A stretch of 36,759 nucleotides of DNA from Bacteroidales bacterium (GTDB lineage Bacteria; Bacteroidota; Bacteroidia; Bacteroidales; UBA4181), in the NCBI GenBank assembly GCA_031273395.1, contig JAISRX010000295.1, positions 1-36,759 on the forward strand. The letters run 5' to 3'. The notes under the pieces were generated by a model that did not search any database, was not told where the DNA came from, and saw nothing but the letters and a program-made list of their open reading frames with translations. Both the position numbers and the translations under genes were made by a program. Of this stretch, positions 1 through 7,941 are shown piece by piece. Numbering within the stretch: the stretch's first letter is position 1; each line of letters begins with the position of its first letter.

Positions 1-118
1 CGTTTTACGTCCATGCAGGGCTGTGCATAACCCCGACAGGGGTTGCCTTTTGATAACCCCGTACAAGCGAAGCGCAGTGCGGGGTACGAAAACTCAAAAC
101 TCAACCGAATGCAGTATA
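1..118 (+). repeat. Truncated copy of the REP-doublet/MITE-like element (family A)
   Basis: Near-identical to 3159-3275, including CCCCGACAGGGG, the ACCCCGTAC..GCGAAGCG..GTGCGGGGT hairpin and the right end AACCGAATGCAGTATA (103-118). Cut by the window start. Confidence 0.9.
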
Positions 119-162
119 AATCCAACACCGCCTCACAAAAGAATGAACAAAAAATATTTTTC

Positions 163-192
163 TTTGCTGTTCAAAAAAGATATTTATCTTTG
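163..192 (+). promoter_or_regulatory. Bacteroidota sigma-A-type promoter upstream of the leader/DUF6261 unit
   Basis: TTTG at 163-166 and TATCTTTG (TAnnTTTG consensus) at 185-192. Confidence 0.6.
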
Positions 193-214
193 CACTGTTA
201 ACCTTTTTTTTTCG

Positions 215-799
215 ATGATGTTGCATTGCAGTACAGTAGAAACGAAAACTTTGGCGTCCGCCGCCATCCCCGCCTGTAGAGGCGTGCATTGCACCTCCGG
301 ATCGCCTGTCATTTTGACAGATTATGTGTGGTGGGCAAAGCGATATATAACATCGAGTTATAGCGATTTCCGCACATCCCTTTTTTGGCAGAATACCTCT
401 TTCGACACACCTGCACAAGCCGCGCCATGTCTTTGGCAGGACTCGGATTTTTTGCCGTCCCGCGCCGACGACAGCCTGACGGCGATGGCGGAACAGTTCG
501 CTACCCACAGCGAGCCATCGGCGGCACTTTCGCGAACAGTCGCTACCCCCGCCGAGACCTCGACGGCACTTTCGCCAACTGTCGCTATCCCCGCCGATAC
601 CTCGACGGCACTTTCGCCAACTGTCGCTACCCCTGCCGAGACCTCGGTAGCACTTTCGCCAACAGTCGCTACCACCGCCGAGCCATCGACGGCGCTTTCG
701 TCAACAGTCGCCACTCACAACGAGCCTTCGCACCGCCTGGCGGGAAAATTGGCTGTTATCTCCGTAGAGACGCGGCATACCGTGTCTCTACCCGTATAG
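215..799 (+). CDS. Putative leader ORF (194 aa) with 14-aa repeats; may be non-coding
   Basis: ATG at 215 just after the promoter. The frame stays open through the 42-bp array (STALSPTVATPAET-like repeats) and stops inside a REP palindrome. No recognisable domain, and other frames are open too. Confidence 0.3.
   Translation: MMLHCSTVETKTLASAAIPACRGVHCTSGSPVILTDYVWWAKRYITSSYSDFRTSLFWQNTSFDTPAQAAPCLWQDSDFLPSRADDSLTAMAEQFATHSEPSAALSRTVATPAETSTALSPTVAIPADTSTALSPTVATPAETSVALSPTVATTAEPSTALSSTVATHNEPSHRLAGKLAVISVETRHTVSLPV
482..730. repeat. GC-rich tandem array, 42-bp unit, 5 clear copies plus 1 degenerate
   Basis: GCRCTTTCG anchors at 524, 566, 608, 650 and 692, exactly 42 bp apart. Unit is approximately GCACTTTCGCCAACAGTCGCTACCCCCGCCGAGACCTCGACG. 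Confidence 0.92.
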
Positions 800-821
800 A
801 CACGGCACGCCACGTCTCTAC
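764..821. repeat. Pair of GTAG-type REP-like palindromes
   Basis: GTAGAGACGCGGCATACCGTGTCTCTAC (764-791) and GTATAGACACGGCACGCCACGTCTCTAC (794-821). Confidence 0.85.
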
Positions 822-867
822 AATTCATCCCTGTAAATAGTTTTAACCTCTCAAATAATAATAAGAT

Positions 868-1599
868 ATGAAAGTCATTATCAGAATTAATTATACACAT
901 TTGCGTAACGACGCCCACGTGGAGCTTCATGAAACAGCCGACGCGATGATGGTGCGCTACAACCCTGCAACGCTGGGTATTGACGTGCTGTACGGCGAGT
1001 ACAAACCCCTCCTCAACGCCGAACTGTCGCTGCTCAACGTCCTCCGAAAGAGCAGCTACACCGGTGAGATTAAGGAGGCTGACCACCGGCGCGACATGCT
1101 CTTTCGCGGCTTTGCCGACGCCGTGAAATCGGGTCTCAACCATTTCGACCCTGCCAAACGCGAAGCGGCACACAGGATAGACATCGTGCTGGACAACTAC
1201 GGCAACATCGCCGCCAAAGCCCTCGATCAGGAGACAGCCGCCATAGACGACCTCCTGCGCGAACTCCGCAGCGGCGACTATCCCGCGCTCGTCGACAGTC
1301 TTGCCCTCACTGACTGGCTCGTGCAGCTCGACGCCGAAAACCAAACTTTCAAAACGCTGATGCTGGCGCGTTACGGCGAAACGTCGCAGCGACCGACCAC
1401 CCGAATGAAAGCCGCCCGCAAGAATACGGACGCCGCTTTCCGAAACATCATCGACCGCCTCGAAGCCCTCGCAACGGTGAACGGCATTACGCTCTACGAG
1501 CCGTTTATCCGCGAGCTGAACGCCCTCCTCGAACGCTACAGAAACATCATGGCGGCAGGGGCGGGAAGACGGAAGAAAGAATCAAAGGATGAATCGTAG
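868..1599 (+). CDS. DUF6261 family protein (HagB/HagC-like, all-helical), 243 aa
   Basis: Family-like motifs LRNDAH, 'T.EI.EAD..RD..FRG', 'YGNIA......ET.AI', 'L.LTDW...L...N..F' and 'FI.ELN'. AT-rich stretch before the ATG; no signal peptide. Confidence 0.85.
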   Translation: MKVIIRINYTHLRNDAHVELHETADAMMVRYNPATLGIDVLYGEYKPLLNAELSLLNVLRKSSYTGEIKEADHRRDMLFRGFADAVKSGLNHFDPAKREAAHRIDIVLDNYGNIAAKALDQETAAIDDLLRELRSGDYPALVDSLALTDWLVQLDAENQTFKTLMLARYGETSQRPTTRMKAARKNTDAAFRNIIDRLEALATVNGITLYEPFIRELNALLERYRNIMAAGAGRRKKESKDES

Positions 1600-1660
1600 A
1601 AACGTTGTAGAGACGCGGTGCGCCGCGTCTCTACCATCGTGGCGGACACGGCATGCCGGT
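1596..1660. repeat. GTAG-type REP-like palindrome cluster
   Basis: GTAGAGACGCGGTGCGCCGCGTCTCTAC (1607-1634), flanked by degenerate GTAGAAACG (1596) and GACACGGCATGCCG remnants. Confidence 0.85.
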
Positions 1661-1835
1661 AGAAGAACCGTTATGGTCGCCTAAGAAAATTCCGCAGAGA
1701 CGGGTGTATTTTCTGCCGGCATATTACCATTTGGTACGGATAGCGCCTCAAAAAAAGAATGAACCGAAAACATGCGATCCCTTCGTCGCGCAAAAAAAAA
1801 ATTGATCCTGCTGTTCTCCGGTTCATTTTTATTTG

Positions 1836-1843
1836 TACATTTG
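1836..1843 (+). promoter_or_regulatory. -7 promoter box for rbr-dtd
   Basis: TACATTTG matches TAnnTTTG, about 30 bp before the ATG. Confidence 0.55.
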
Positions 1844-1874
1844 CACTTGAATTAACGTTAAAATCATTCCGGTT

Positions 1875-2453
1875 ATGTCTAAAAGTATTAAGGGAACCCT
1901 GACGGAAAAAAATCTGTTGCACTCGTTTGCCGGCGAATCGCAGGCAAGAATGCGCTATACGTATTTTGCAAGTCAGGCAAAAAAGGAGGGGTATGAACAA
2001 ATTTCAGCCGTTTTTGCCGAAACAGCCGATCAGGAAAAGGAACATGCCAAGCGGATGTTCAAATATCTGGAAGGGGGCATGGTGGAAATCACCGCGAGTT
2101 TTCCGGCAGGCGAAATACGCACCACCCTCGAAAATCTGTATGCCGCAGCCGCCGGCGAAAACGAAGAATGGGCGGAGGCATATCCCGCCTTTGCCGATGT
2201 TGCCGAGCAGGAAGGCTTTCCTGCCATTGCGGCAATGTACAGAAACATTGCGACAGCCGAAAAGGGACACGAACAGGCTTATCGGGATTTCATCGCCCGT
2301 ATCGAAACATCCGCCGTGTTTGAAGCAGAGGAAGAAACTGAGTGGCAGTGCCGCAACTGCGGATATATCCATAAGGGCAAAGGCGCGCCGAAAGCCTGTC
2401 CCGCATGTCTGCATCCGCAAGCCTTTTTTGAAAGGCGGAAAAACAACCGATAG
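1875..2453 (+). CDS. rbr: Rubrerythrin
   Basis: FAGESQARMRY, EKEHA and E..H di-iron motifs, plus a C-terminal WQCRNCGY..CPAC rubredoxin-like domain. Confidence 0.96.
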   Translation: MSKSIKGTLTEKNLLHSFAGESQARMRYTYFASQAKKEGYEQISAVFAETADQEKEHAKRMFKYLEGGMVEITASFPAGEIRTTLENLYAAAAGENEEWAEAYPAFADVAEQEGFPAIAAMYRNIATAEKGHEQAYRDFIARIETSAVFEAEEETEWQCRNCGYIHKGKGAPKACPACLHPQAFFERRKNNR

Positions 2454-2463
2454 CAGCGGGAAC

Positions 2464-2916
2464 ATGCGGGCAGTCATTCAACGGGTATCGGAGGCTTCGA
2501 TGATGATTGAGGGGAAGATCTTTTCAAAAAGCGGGCGTGGACTGGTAGTGCTGGCAGGTTTTGAAGCCACGGACACGCAGGAAACCATTGACCGGCTGTG
2601 CGCCAAAATCGTCCGGATGCGCATTTTTTCGGACGCCGGAGGAAAAATGAACCTGTCGCTGCTGGACACGGGGGGAGAGATCATGGCGGTGAGTCAGTTC
2701 ACCCTGTTTGCCGACGCCCGCAAAGGCAACCGCCCGTCGTTTGTACGCGCCGCGCCGCCCGAAATCAGCCGTCCGCTGTACGACGCATTCGTCCGCAAAC
2801 TGGAGCAACTTTCCGGAAAGCCGGTTGCCACCGGTATCTTCGGCGCGGATATGAAAGTGTCGCTCGTCAACGACGGTCCCGTAACCATTGTCGTGGATAC
2901 GGAACATCGCGAATAA
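2464..2916 (+). CDS. dtd: D-aminoacyl-tRNA deacylase
   Basis: MRAVIQRV start at 2464, with SQFTL, KGNRPSF and NDGPVT motifs. It is the C-terminal 150 aa of ORF 1927..2916. Confidence 0.96.
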   Translation: MRAVIQRVSEASMMIEGKIFSKSGRGLVVLAGFEATDTQETIDRLCAKIVRMRIFSDAGGKMNLSLLDTGGEIMAVSQFTLFADARKGNRPSFVRAAPPEISRPLYDAFVRKLEQLSGKPVATGIFGADMKVSLVNDGPVTIVVDTEHRE

Positions 2917-3072
2917 CCCCCATTCATCGTAAATCATCATTCCAACTGTCATCATGGAGCGTTATTTCCTGTTTGCGCCGCCCATCCGCCGTCGCGTCCT
3001 GCCACGGATTTGCCGGAACACGCCGACCGCGTCTTCCCGACGGTGATCACGCCAAGTCCGAAGCACTGATAA

Positions 3073-3275
3073 TATACTGCACTCTGTTATAGTCTTGTGT
3101 TTTTTAGCCTGTCGTACCCCGCATTTCATACGGGGTTATCAAAGGGTAACGCCTGCGGCGTTTTACGTCTATGCAGGGCTGTGCACACCCCGACAGGGGT
3201 TGCCTTTTGATAACCCCGTACAAGCGAAGCGCAGTGCGGGGTACGAAAACTCAAAACTCAACCGAATGCAGTATA
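3073..3275. mobile_element. About 203-bp MITE-like element with TATACTGCA ends carrying an inverted REP doublet (family A)
   Basis: TATACTGCACTCTGTT (3073-3088) and AACCGAATGCAGTATA (3260-3275) are 14/16 inverted. The interior holds two inverted two-hairpin units. Related copies lie at 1-118 and 36583-36740. Confidence 0.75.
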
Positions 3276-3305
3276 ATATGGCAACCTTTATTTATTGACA
3301 ATGCC

Positions 3306-5969
3306 TTACCGGAAAAGCGGGAAGAATATTCTTACGCCGACGCTGCGGTATTTGAGCCGTTCAAATCCGACATATATTCCGGCACGCAGGAACAATCCGA
3401 TGCTGTAGCCCAGTTCGACGTAGTTTTTCAACTGCGGGGTATGAAGACAATCTATTTGCAGTTCTTCACTCCACAGGCGATTGTTGAAAAACGGCAGATA
3501 TTTCAGCGCCAGATAGGGCGTGGTGAACTTTACATGCACTTCTAAATAGCGGTCGGAAGCGCTGTTGCGGTAGTAGTCCGGCAGATTGAATCCGGGAAGG
3601 TCGGAAGGATCGACGGTGAGTATTTCCAAAGTACGGAAATGCTTGAAATCGGGGAAAAATATCTTTTTGCGGTTGACGAACATTCCGCCGTGGACGGTAT
3701 ATTGCAGTTGCTGCATGACGCCGGTTTTCACCCTCTGGGTGACGCCTGCCGTGAGCAGGTCGAAATCGCTGTGGCTCCCCAGCGCTCCCTTTACGCCTTT
3801 CTTCCATCCGGCAAGCAGCGTGGGGAAATCCGACCCGACCATTCGCTTGCGCCTGCTTTTGTCGATGCGGTAGTAAAAACGCGGGGTATAGTTGAGGTGA
3901 ACGGAAAAGGCGACGTGGGTGTGATCCGTGAAATGACCGGCAAAGTCGTCATGTTCGGGAATATTCGGAGAATAATCGCGCGAGCTGCGGTAAAAAAAGG
4001 AAAAGTCGCTGCTGTTTTCCAGCGCTTTCCGCCGTGCATAATGCAAGTCGGCGCGTAATTGCAAGCCATTGACAATATCCGTCGTGTTGCCGGCTTTGAC
4101 GAATTTTTCTTCGTACAGTTTCATGCGGTTATTTCTAAAAACCAGTGACGTAAAGGTATTTTCCAGCGGATATATCCCCTGCGTTCCCGCAAAATCAAAC
4201 GACTTGTTCCCGAAGGACAGTTCGGCGTATCCCCTTTGCATGGGAGCATAGGTCAAACCGGCGTCCACGCTCCACATAAGCGTTTTTCGGTTGATCGCCC
4301 AAACGACTTCCGGAGCGACGGTCAGGCGTTTCTCCCTTCGGTTGGGCGTGAAATCCCTGTAATATTCCAACTTTTGCCCGATAAAAAATCCATCCACCGT
4401 ATTGAAGCCGAGTTTCAGCCGTTTTGTTCCGAGATATTCCAGCGTGCCGCCCGTTTTGCCCAGCGGGAGCGTGCCGCCTTTTGCAAAGGCTGCGATCTGC
4501 CGAAGCGGTTTGTTTGCCCGCCCGGAACGTCGCGAAAGCGTATCCCGCGATGCGAGGGACAATTCGGCTTCCCGGTAGCCTTTCACCTCGTCCACCGTCA
4601 GGGGAACGGGACGCACCCTGTCCCAATAGGCAGTGTCGCGCCGGTGGGCGTTACTGTCCGTTTCCACCTTGTAATCTTCGTAATAGGTATCGGTCAGGTT
4701 CAGGGATTCCCTGCCGTTTTTTTTCTCTTCGGTTTCTTTCCGCATCAGTCTGGACAGTTTGTATGCTTCGCGATTGGAAAGTGTTTCTTCCGACAGGAGT
4801 TCTTCTATCTTCCGGCTGTTTTTGTTCTTTGCCGCACTTGCTGAAGGCTGTCCGGAGGGCGCTGTTTGCTGCCGCGCCTGTTTCCGCCGGCGTTCGGCAA
4901 GCTGCAGGACGTTCGGCTTGGCGAGCGACGTATTTTCCGCAATATCGCCGTATTTTACGGAGGAAACATAGCGAAAGTCGCCCTTGTTGCCCAGTATCGA
5001 CCCGCTGAAATCAATACGGTGTCCCACGGGCAGCCACACGTTCTCGCCCACTTCTCCGAAATTGACCTGTATGCGAAAAATCCCGCCGATGACAAACTCG
5101 CCCGACAAATCCACGGTATGTACGTTCCAGAAATCATCGGCAATGTAGATGTATCCCGCCAGCAACTGTTTGGCTTTGTGCGCCGGAATGACCCGTATTT
5201 TGTTGATGATCCGGTTTCCTTCTTCGATGAACCCCTCGTACACAAAACGGTAGTGTGCAAAAGCGCCCGGCGACAGGGGAGAGATGTACGGCAGAACGCT
5301 TTCCGGATCGTACACGCTGACGGTGATCATTCGCAGCGCACCGTCGGTTTTGTTGCGGTCGGGCATGTTGCCCGTCTTTTTAAGTACTTTCTGTTTGTAT
5401 TTGTTCGGCGCGGTAAATTCCATTTCGCTCACCGATTCTTCCATGTACGTGTTGCCTTCGCGAATACCTTCCAGTTCCTCTCTTGCCATGCTTCGCGCCA
5501 GCGGGGATATTTTGACTGCATGCACCGATCCTTTCACATACAGTTCCGCCTTGTATTTCGAGATGTGGTTCAGATAGTAGGGCGCCATGGCAATCGCCCG
5601 CCGCATGATGTTGCAGGCGGGGTCTTCGTCCTTGTTGGATATGACCACCTCGCGTATCTCATAGGTCTTTTCTTTCATCACTATGTCGCATGCCGTCGTT
5701 CCGCTGCCTGTGGCGATGCTGCGCGTCACCGTTTCGTAGCCGATGGAACGGAAAATACAAGTGTAGGTTCCTGCGGGCAGCGCCAATTCATAATATCCGT
5801 TTTCATCGGCGGCAGTACCCTGTTTCAGTTCCTTGACAAACAGTGTGGCGCTGACAACCGCTTCGCCTTTTTCCCCGGTAATCCTCCCCTTGATGCTTTG
5901 CCCGTGAAGCATGGATACCGCATGGAGATCAGCGATGAAAAAAAGCAAAATCCGAACCCATTTTTCCAT
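3306..5969 (-). CDS. DUF5686 plus carboxypeptidase-regulatory-like domain outer-membrane protein, 887 aa
   Basis: Signal peptide, N-terminal 'IKGRITG..GE.V..AT....GT..DENGYY.L..G.Y...SIGY' domain, 'ISPLS..AF.HYRF' and 'FNTVDGF' motifs, and a beta-strand-rich C-terminus. Confidence 0.85.
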   Translation of the reverse strand: MEKWVRILLFFIADLHAVSMLHGQSIKGRITGEKGEAVVSATLFVKELKQGTAADENGYYELALPAGTYTCIFRSIGYETVTRSIATGSGTTACDIVMKEKTYEIREVVISNKDEDPACNIMRRAIAMAPYYLNHISKYKAELYVKGSVHAVKISPLARSMAREELEGIREGNTYMEESVSEMEFTAPNKYKQKVLKKTGNMPDRNKTDGALRMITVSVYDPESVLPYISPLSPGAFAHYRFVYEGFIEEGNRIINKIRVIPAHKAKQLLAGYIYIADDFWNVHTVDLSGEFVIGGIFRIQVNFGEVGENVWLPVGHRIDFSGSILGNKGDFRYVSSVKYGDIAENTSLAKPNVLQLAERRRKQARQQTAPSGQPSASAAKNKNSRKIEELLSEETLSNREAYKLSRLMRKETEEKKNGRESLNLTDTYYEDYKVETDSNAHRRDTAYWDRVRPVPLTVDEVKGYREAELSLASRDTLSRRSGRANKPLRQIAAFAKGGTLPLGKTGGTLEYLGTKRLKLGFNTVDGFFIGQKLEYYRDFTPNRREKRLTVAPEVVWAINRKTLMWSVDAGLTYAPMQRGYAELSFGNKSFDFAGTQGIYPLENTFTSLVFRNNRMKLYEEKFVKAGNTTDIVNGLQLRADLHYARRKALENSSDFSFFYRSSRDYSPNIPEHDDFAGHFTDHTHVAFSVHLNYTPRFYYRIDKSRRKRMVGSDFPTLLAGWKKGVKGALGSHSDFDLLTAGVTQRVKTGVMQQLQYTVHGGMFVNRKKIFFPDFKHFRTLEILTVDPSDLPGFNLPDYYRNSASDRYLEVHVKFTTPYLALKYLPFFNNRLWSEELQIDCLHTPQLKNYVELGYSIGLFLRAGIYVGFERLKYRSVGVRIFFPLFR

Positions 5970-6198
5970 TCCCTATTGATGATGGTCATCTGAATAATAA
6001 CACATACAATAACTGTTTTGTTGCATGTATCCGAAAATACCGCAGGTTACGGAAGGCGTGATTTTTCATGCTTGGCGCTCCTTCGTTGAAAATGCAGTGC
6101 GGAAATGATCGTATTGCTTGGTACAGGCGACAAGGCGGCGTTGGGGAGAAGGTCATCCGTATTTGCGCTGCCGTTGTCGCGATAACCGCCGCCGCCGG

Positions 6199-7515
6199 TC
6201 ATCGGTTCCAGTATTTATCCGTCAATTCCTGCCTGATGTTCACTTCTTCCGGTTTGAAATGTTTGGCAAACAGCGACCATGCCACGTCGAGCATTTCGGT
6301 GGTGTTGATGTTCACGTCGATGGCAAGCAGGTGGGTGGAATAATCCTTGGCGAAAGCCAGCGTACGCTCGTCGTAGTGACTGAGGTCGAAGCCGTTTTCG
6401 AGTTTCGTTTTGGCGTTGGCGGCGTCGGAGTAGAGGCGCACGGCGGCGTTCATTACCTGCGGGTGATCCTCCCGTGTTTTGACGCCGATCACCAGCTGTT
6501 TCAGCCGCGAGAGGCTGCGGAAGGGATCAATGATGACCTTGCCTGCATCGCTGTCGCGGCGCAGGAAAAGTTGCCCTTCGGTGATGTATCCCGTGTTGTC
6601 CGGCACGGCATGGGTGATGTCGCCGCCCGACAGGGTGGTCACAGCGATGATGGTGATGGAACCGCCTGTGGGAAACTGAACGGCTTTCTCGTAAATCCTT
6701 GCAAGATCGGAGTACAGCGATCCGGGCATGGAGTCCTTCGAGGGTATTTGATCCATGCGGTTCGATACGATGGACAGGGCGTCGGCATACGAACTCATGT
6801 CGGTGAGCAGCACCAGCACTTTCTCGTTATGATCCGCCGCAAAATATTCGGCGGCGGTCAGCGCCATGTCGGGGATCAGCAGACGCTCCACCGGCGGGTC
6901 TTCGGTGGTGTTCACAAAACTGATGATGCGGTCGAGCGAACCGGCGTTGCCGAACACGTTTTTAAAATACAGATAGTCGTCGTTGGCAAGTCCCATACCG
7001 CCGAGTATGATTTTATCGGTTTCGGCGCGCAGGGCTACGGTAGCCATTACCTGATTGAACGGTTGATCGGGATCGGCAAAGAACGGTATTTTCTGTCCGG
7101 TGACCAGCGTATTGTTCAGATCGATGCCGGCAATCCCTGTGGAGATCAGTTCCGAAGGCTGTTTCCGCCGCACCGGGTTCACCGACGGACCGCCCGTTTC
7201 GCGTTCTTCGCCTTCCACGGGAGCGCCTCCGTCAATCGGTTCGCCGAAGGCATTGAAAAAACGTCCGGACAGCTGTTTGCCCACCTTCAGGGTAGGCGCC
7301 TTGCCCAAAAACACTATTTCGGCATTGGTGCGGATACCTTCCGTACCCTTGAAGACCTGCAAGGTAACCTCCTCGCCGTTGATCTTCACCACTTGCGCCA
7401 GCGCGCCATCTACGGTTGCCAACTCGTCGTAGCCTACTCCGGAGGCTTTCAAGGTGCAGGTGGCTTTGGTGATCCTGCTTACCTGCGTGTATATTTTCTG
7501 AAATGCTTTTGCCAT
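6199..7515 (-). CDS. ntpB: V/A-type ATP synthase subunit B (Bacteroidales type)
   Basis: ITKATC, GPSVNPVRR, TGIAGIDLNNTLV, DPPVER, MPGSLYSDLA.IYEKA and HAVPDNTGYITEGQ motifs. Confidence 0.95.
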   Translation of the reverse strand: MAKAFQKIYTQVSRITKATCTLKASGVGYDELATVDGALAQVVKINGEEVTLQVFKGTEGIRTNAEIVFLGKAPTLKVGKQLSGRFFNAFGEPIDGGAPVEGEERETGGPSVNPVRRKQPSELISTGIAGIDLNNTLVTGQKIPFFADPDQPFNQVMATVALRAETDKIILGGMGLANDDYLYFKNVFGNAGSLDRIISFVNTTEDPPVERLLIPDMALTAAEYFAADHNEKVLVLLTDMSSYADALSIVSNRMDQIPSKDSMPGSLYSDLARIYEKAVQFPTGGSITIIAVTTLSGGDITHAVPDNTGYITEGQLFLRRDSDAGKVIIDPFRSLSRLKQLVIGVKTREDHPQVMNAAVRLYSDAANAKTKLENGFDLSHYDERTLAFAKDYSTHLLAIDVNINTTEMLDVAWSLFAKHFKPEEVNIRQELTDKYWNR

Positions 7516-7532
7516 GACTGTTATTTTTGAGG

Positions 7533-7540
7533 CAAATATA
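7533..7540 (-). promoter_or_regulatory. -7 promoter box directly upstream of the V-ATPase B gene
   Basis: CAAATATA on + reads TATATTTG on -, 17 bp before the ATG. Confidence 0.55.
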
Positions 7541-7689
7541 ATTCAAAAAATGTATTCCACCATATTTTTTCGGATTATCGCGAATCTTTTTTGAAAACAG
7601 TGACGGGAAAACGGAGAGCAGGAAAGAGGGACATTTGCCTTCGGCGAGGGCTTCGCCGTTCAAATTGTCGCGTGTATGGAGGATGTGCA

Positions 7690-7784
7690 AAATTCCCCGC
7701 GGGACGATACTTTATTAACCGTAGATTCCGCTTCGCTTCATCTGCGGAAAACGAAATCTTCTCACTCTCCCAACTCCCGCAGGG
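7690..7784 (-). repeat. Solo copy of the two-hairpin REP-like unit (family B)
   Basis: Reverse complement of about 36485-36577: GGGACGATACTTTATTAACCGTAGATTCCGCTTCGCTTCATCTGCGGAAAACGAAAT..CACTCT.CCAA.TCCCGC. Confidence 0.85.
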
Positions 7785-7881
7785 TAAGGAGGCAAAATTA
7801 ACATTTTTTCCCTCTTTAGGCTCGCTAATATTTATGCCTAAACACAGGGTTTTACTGGTAAGCCCAAAAGATCGGTAAAGC

Positions 7882-7912
7882 AAAAAAAAGTGCGGTTGTG
7901 CCGCACTTTTTT
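7882..7912. terminator. Intrinsic (bidirectional-type) terminator after gldN
   Basis: A8-GTGCGG-TTGTG-CCGCAC-T6, 30 bp past the gldN stop. Confidence 0.85.
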
Positions 7913-7941
7913 AACATTTCAATAAATGAAACGACTGTGTG

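Noticed and set aside
1927-2463. N-terminal extension or fusion of Dtd (329-aa ORF)
   Set aside because: This part is an alternative frame over rubrerythrin. Dtd homology begins at the ATG at 2464.
6118-7530. 470-aa plus-strand ORF (likewise 4866..5993, 15148..16035, 17674..18801, 21020..22048 and 26530..27594)
   Set aside because: These are antisense shadows of well-supported genes, with no recognisable motifs.
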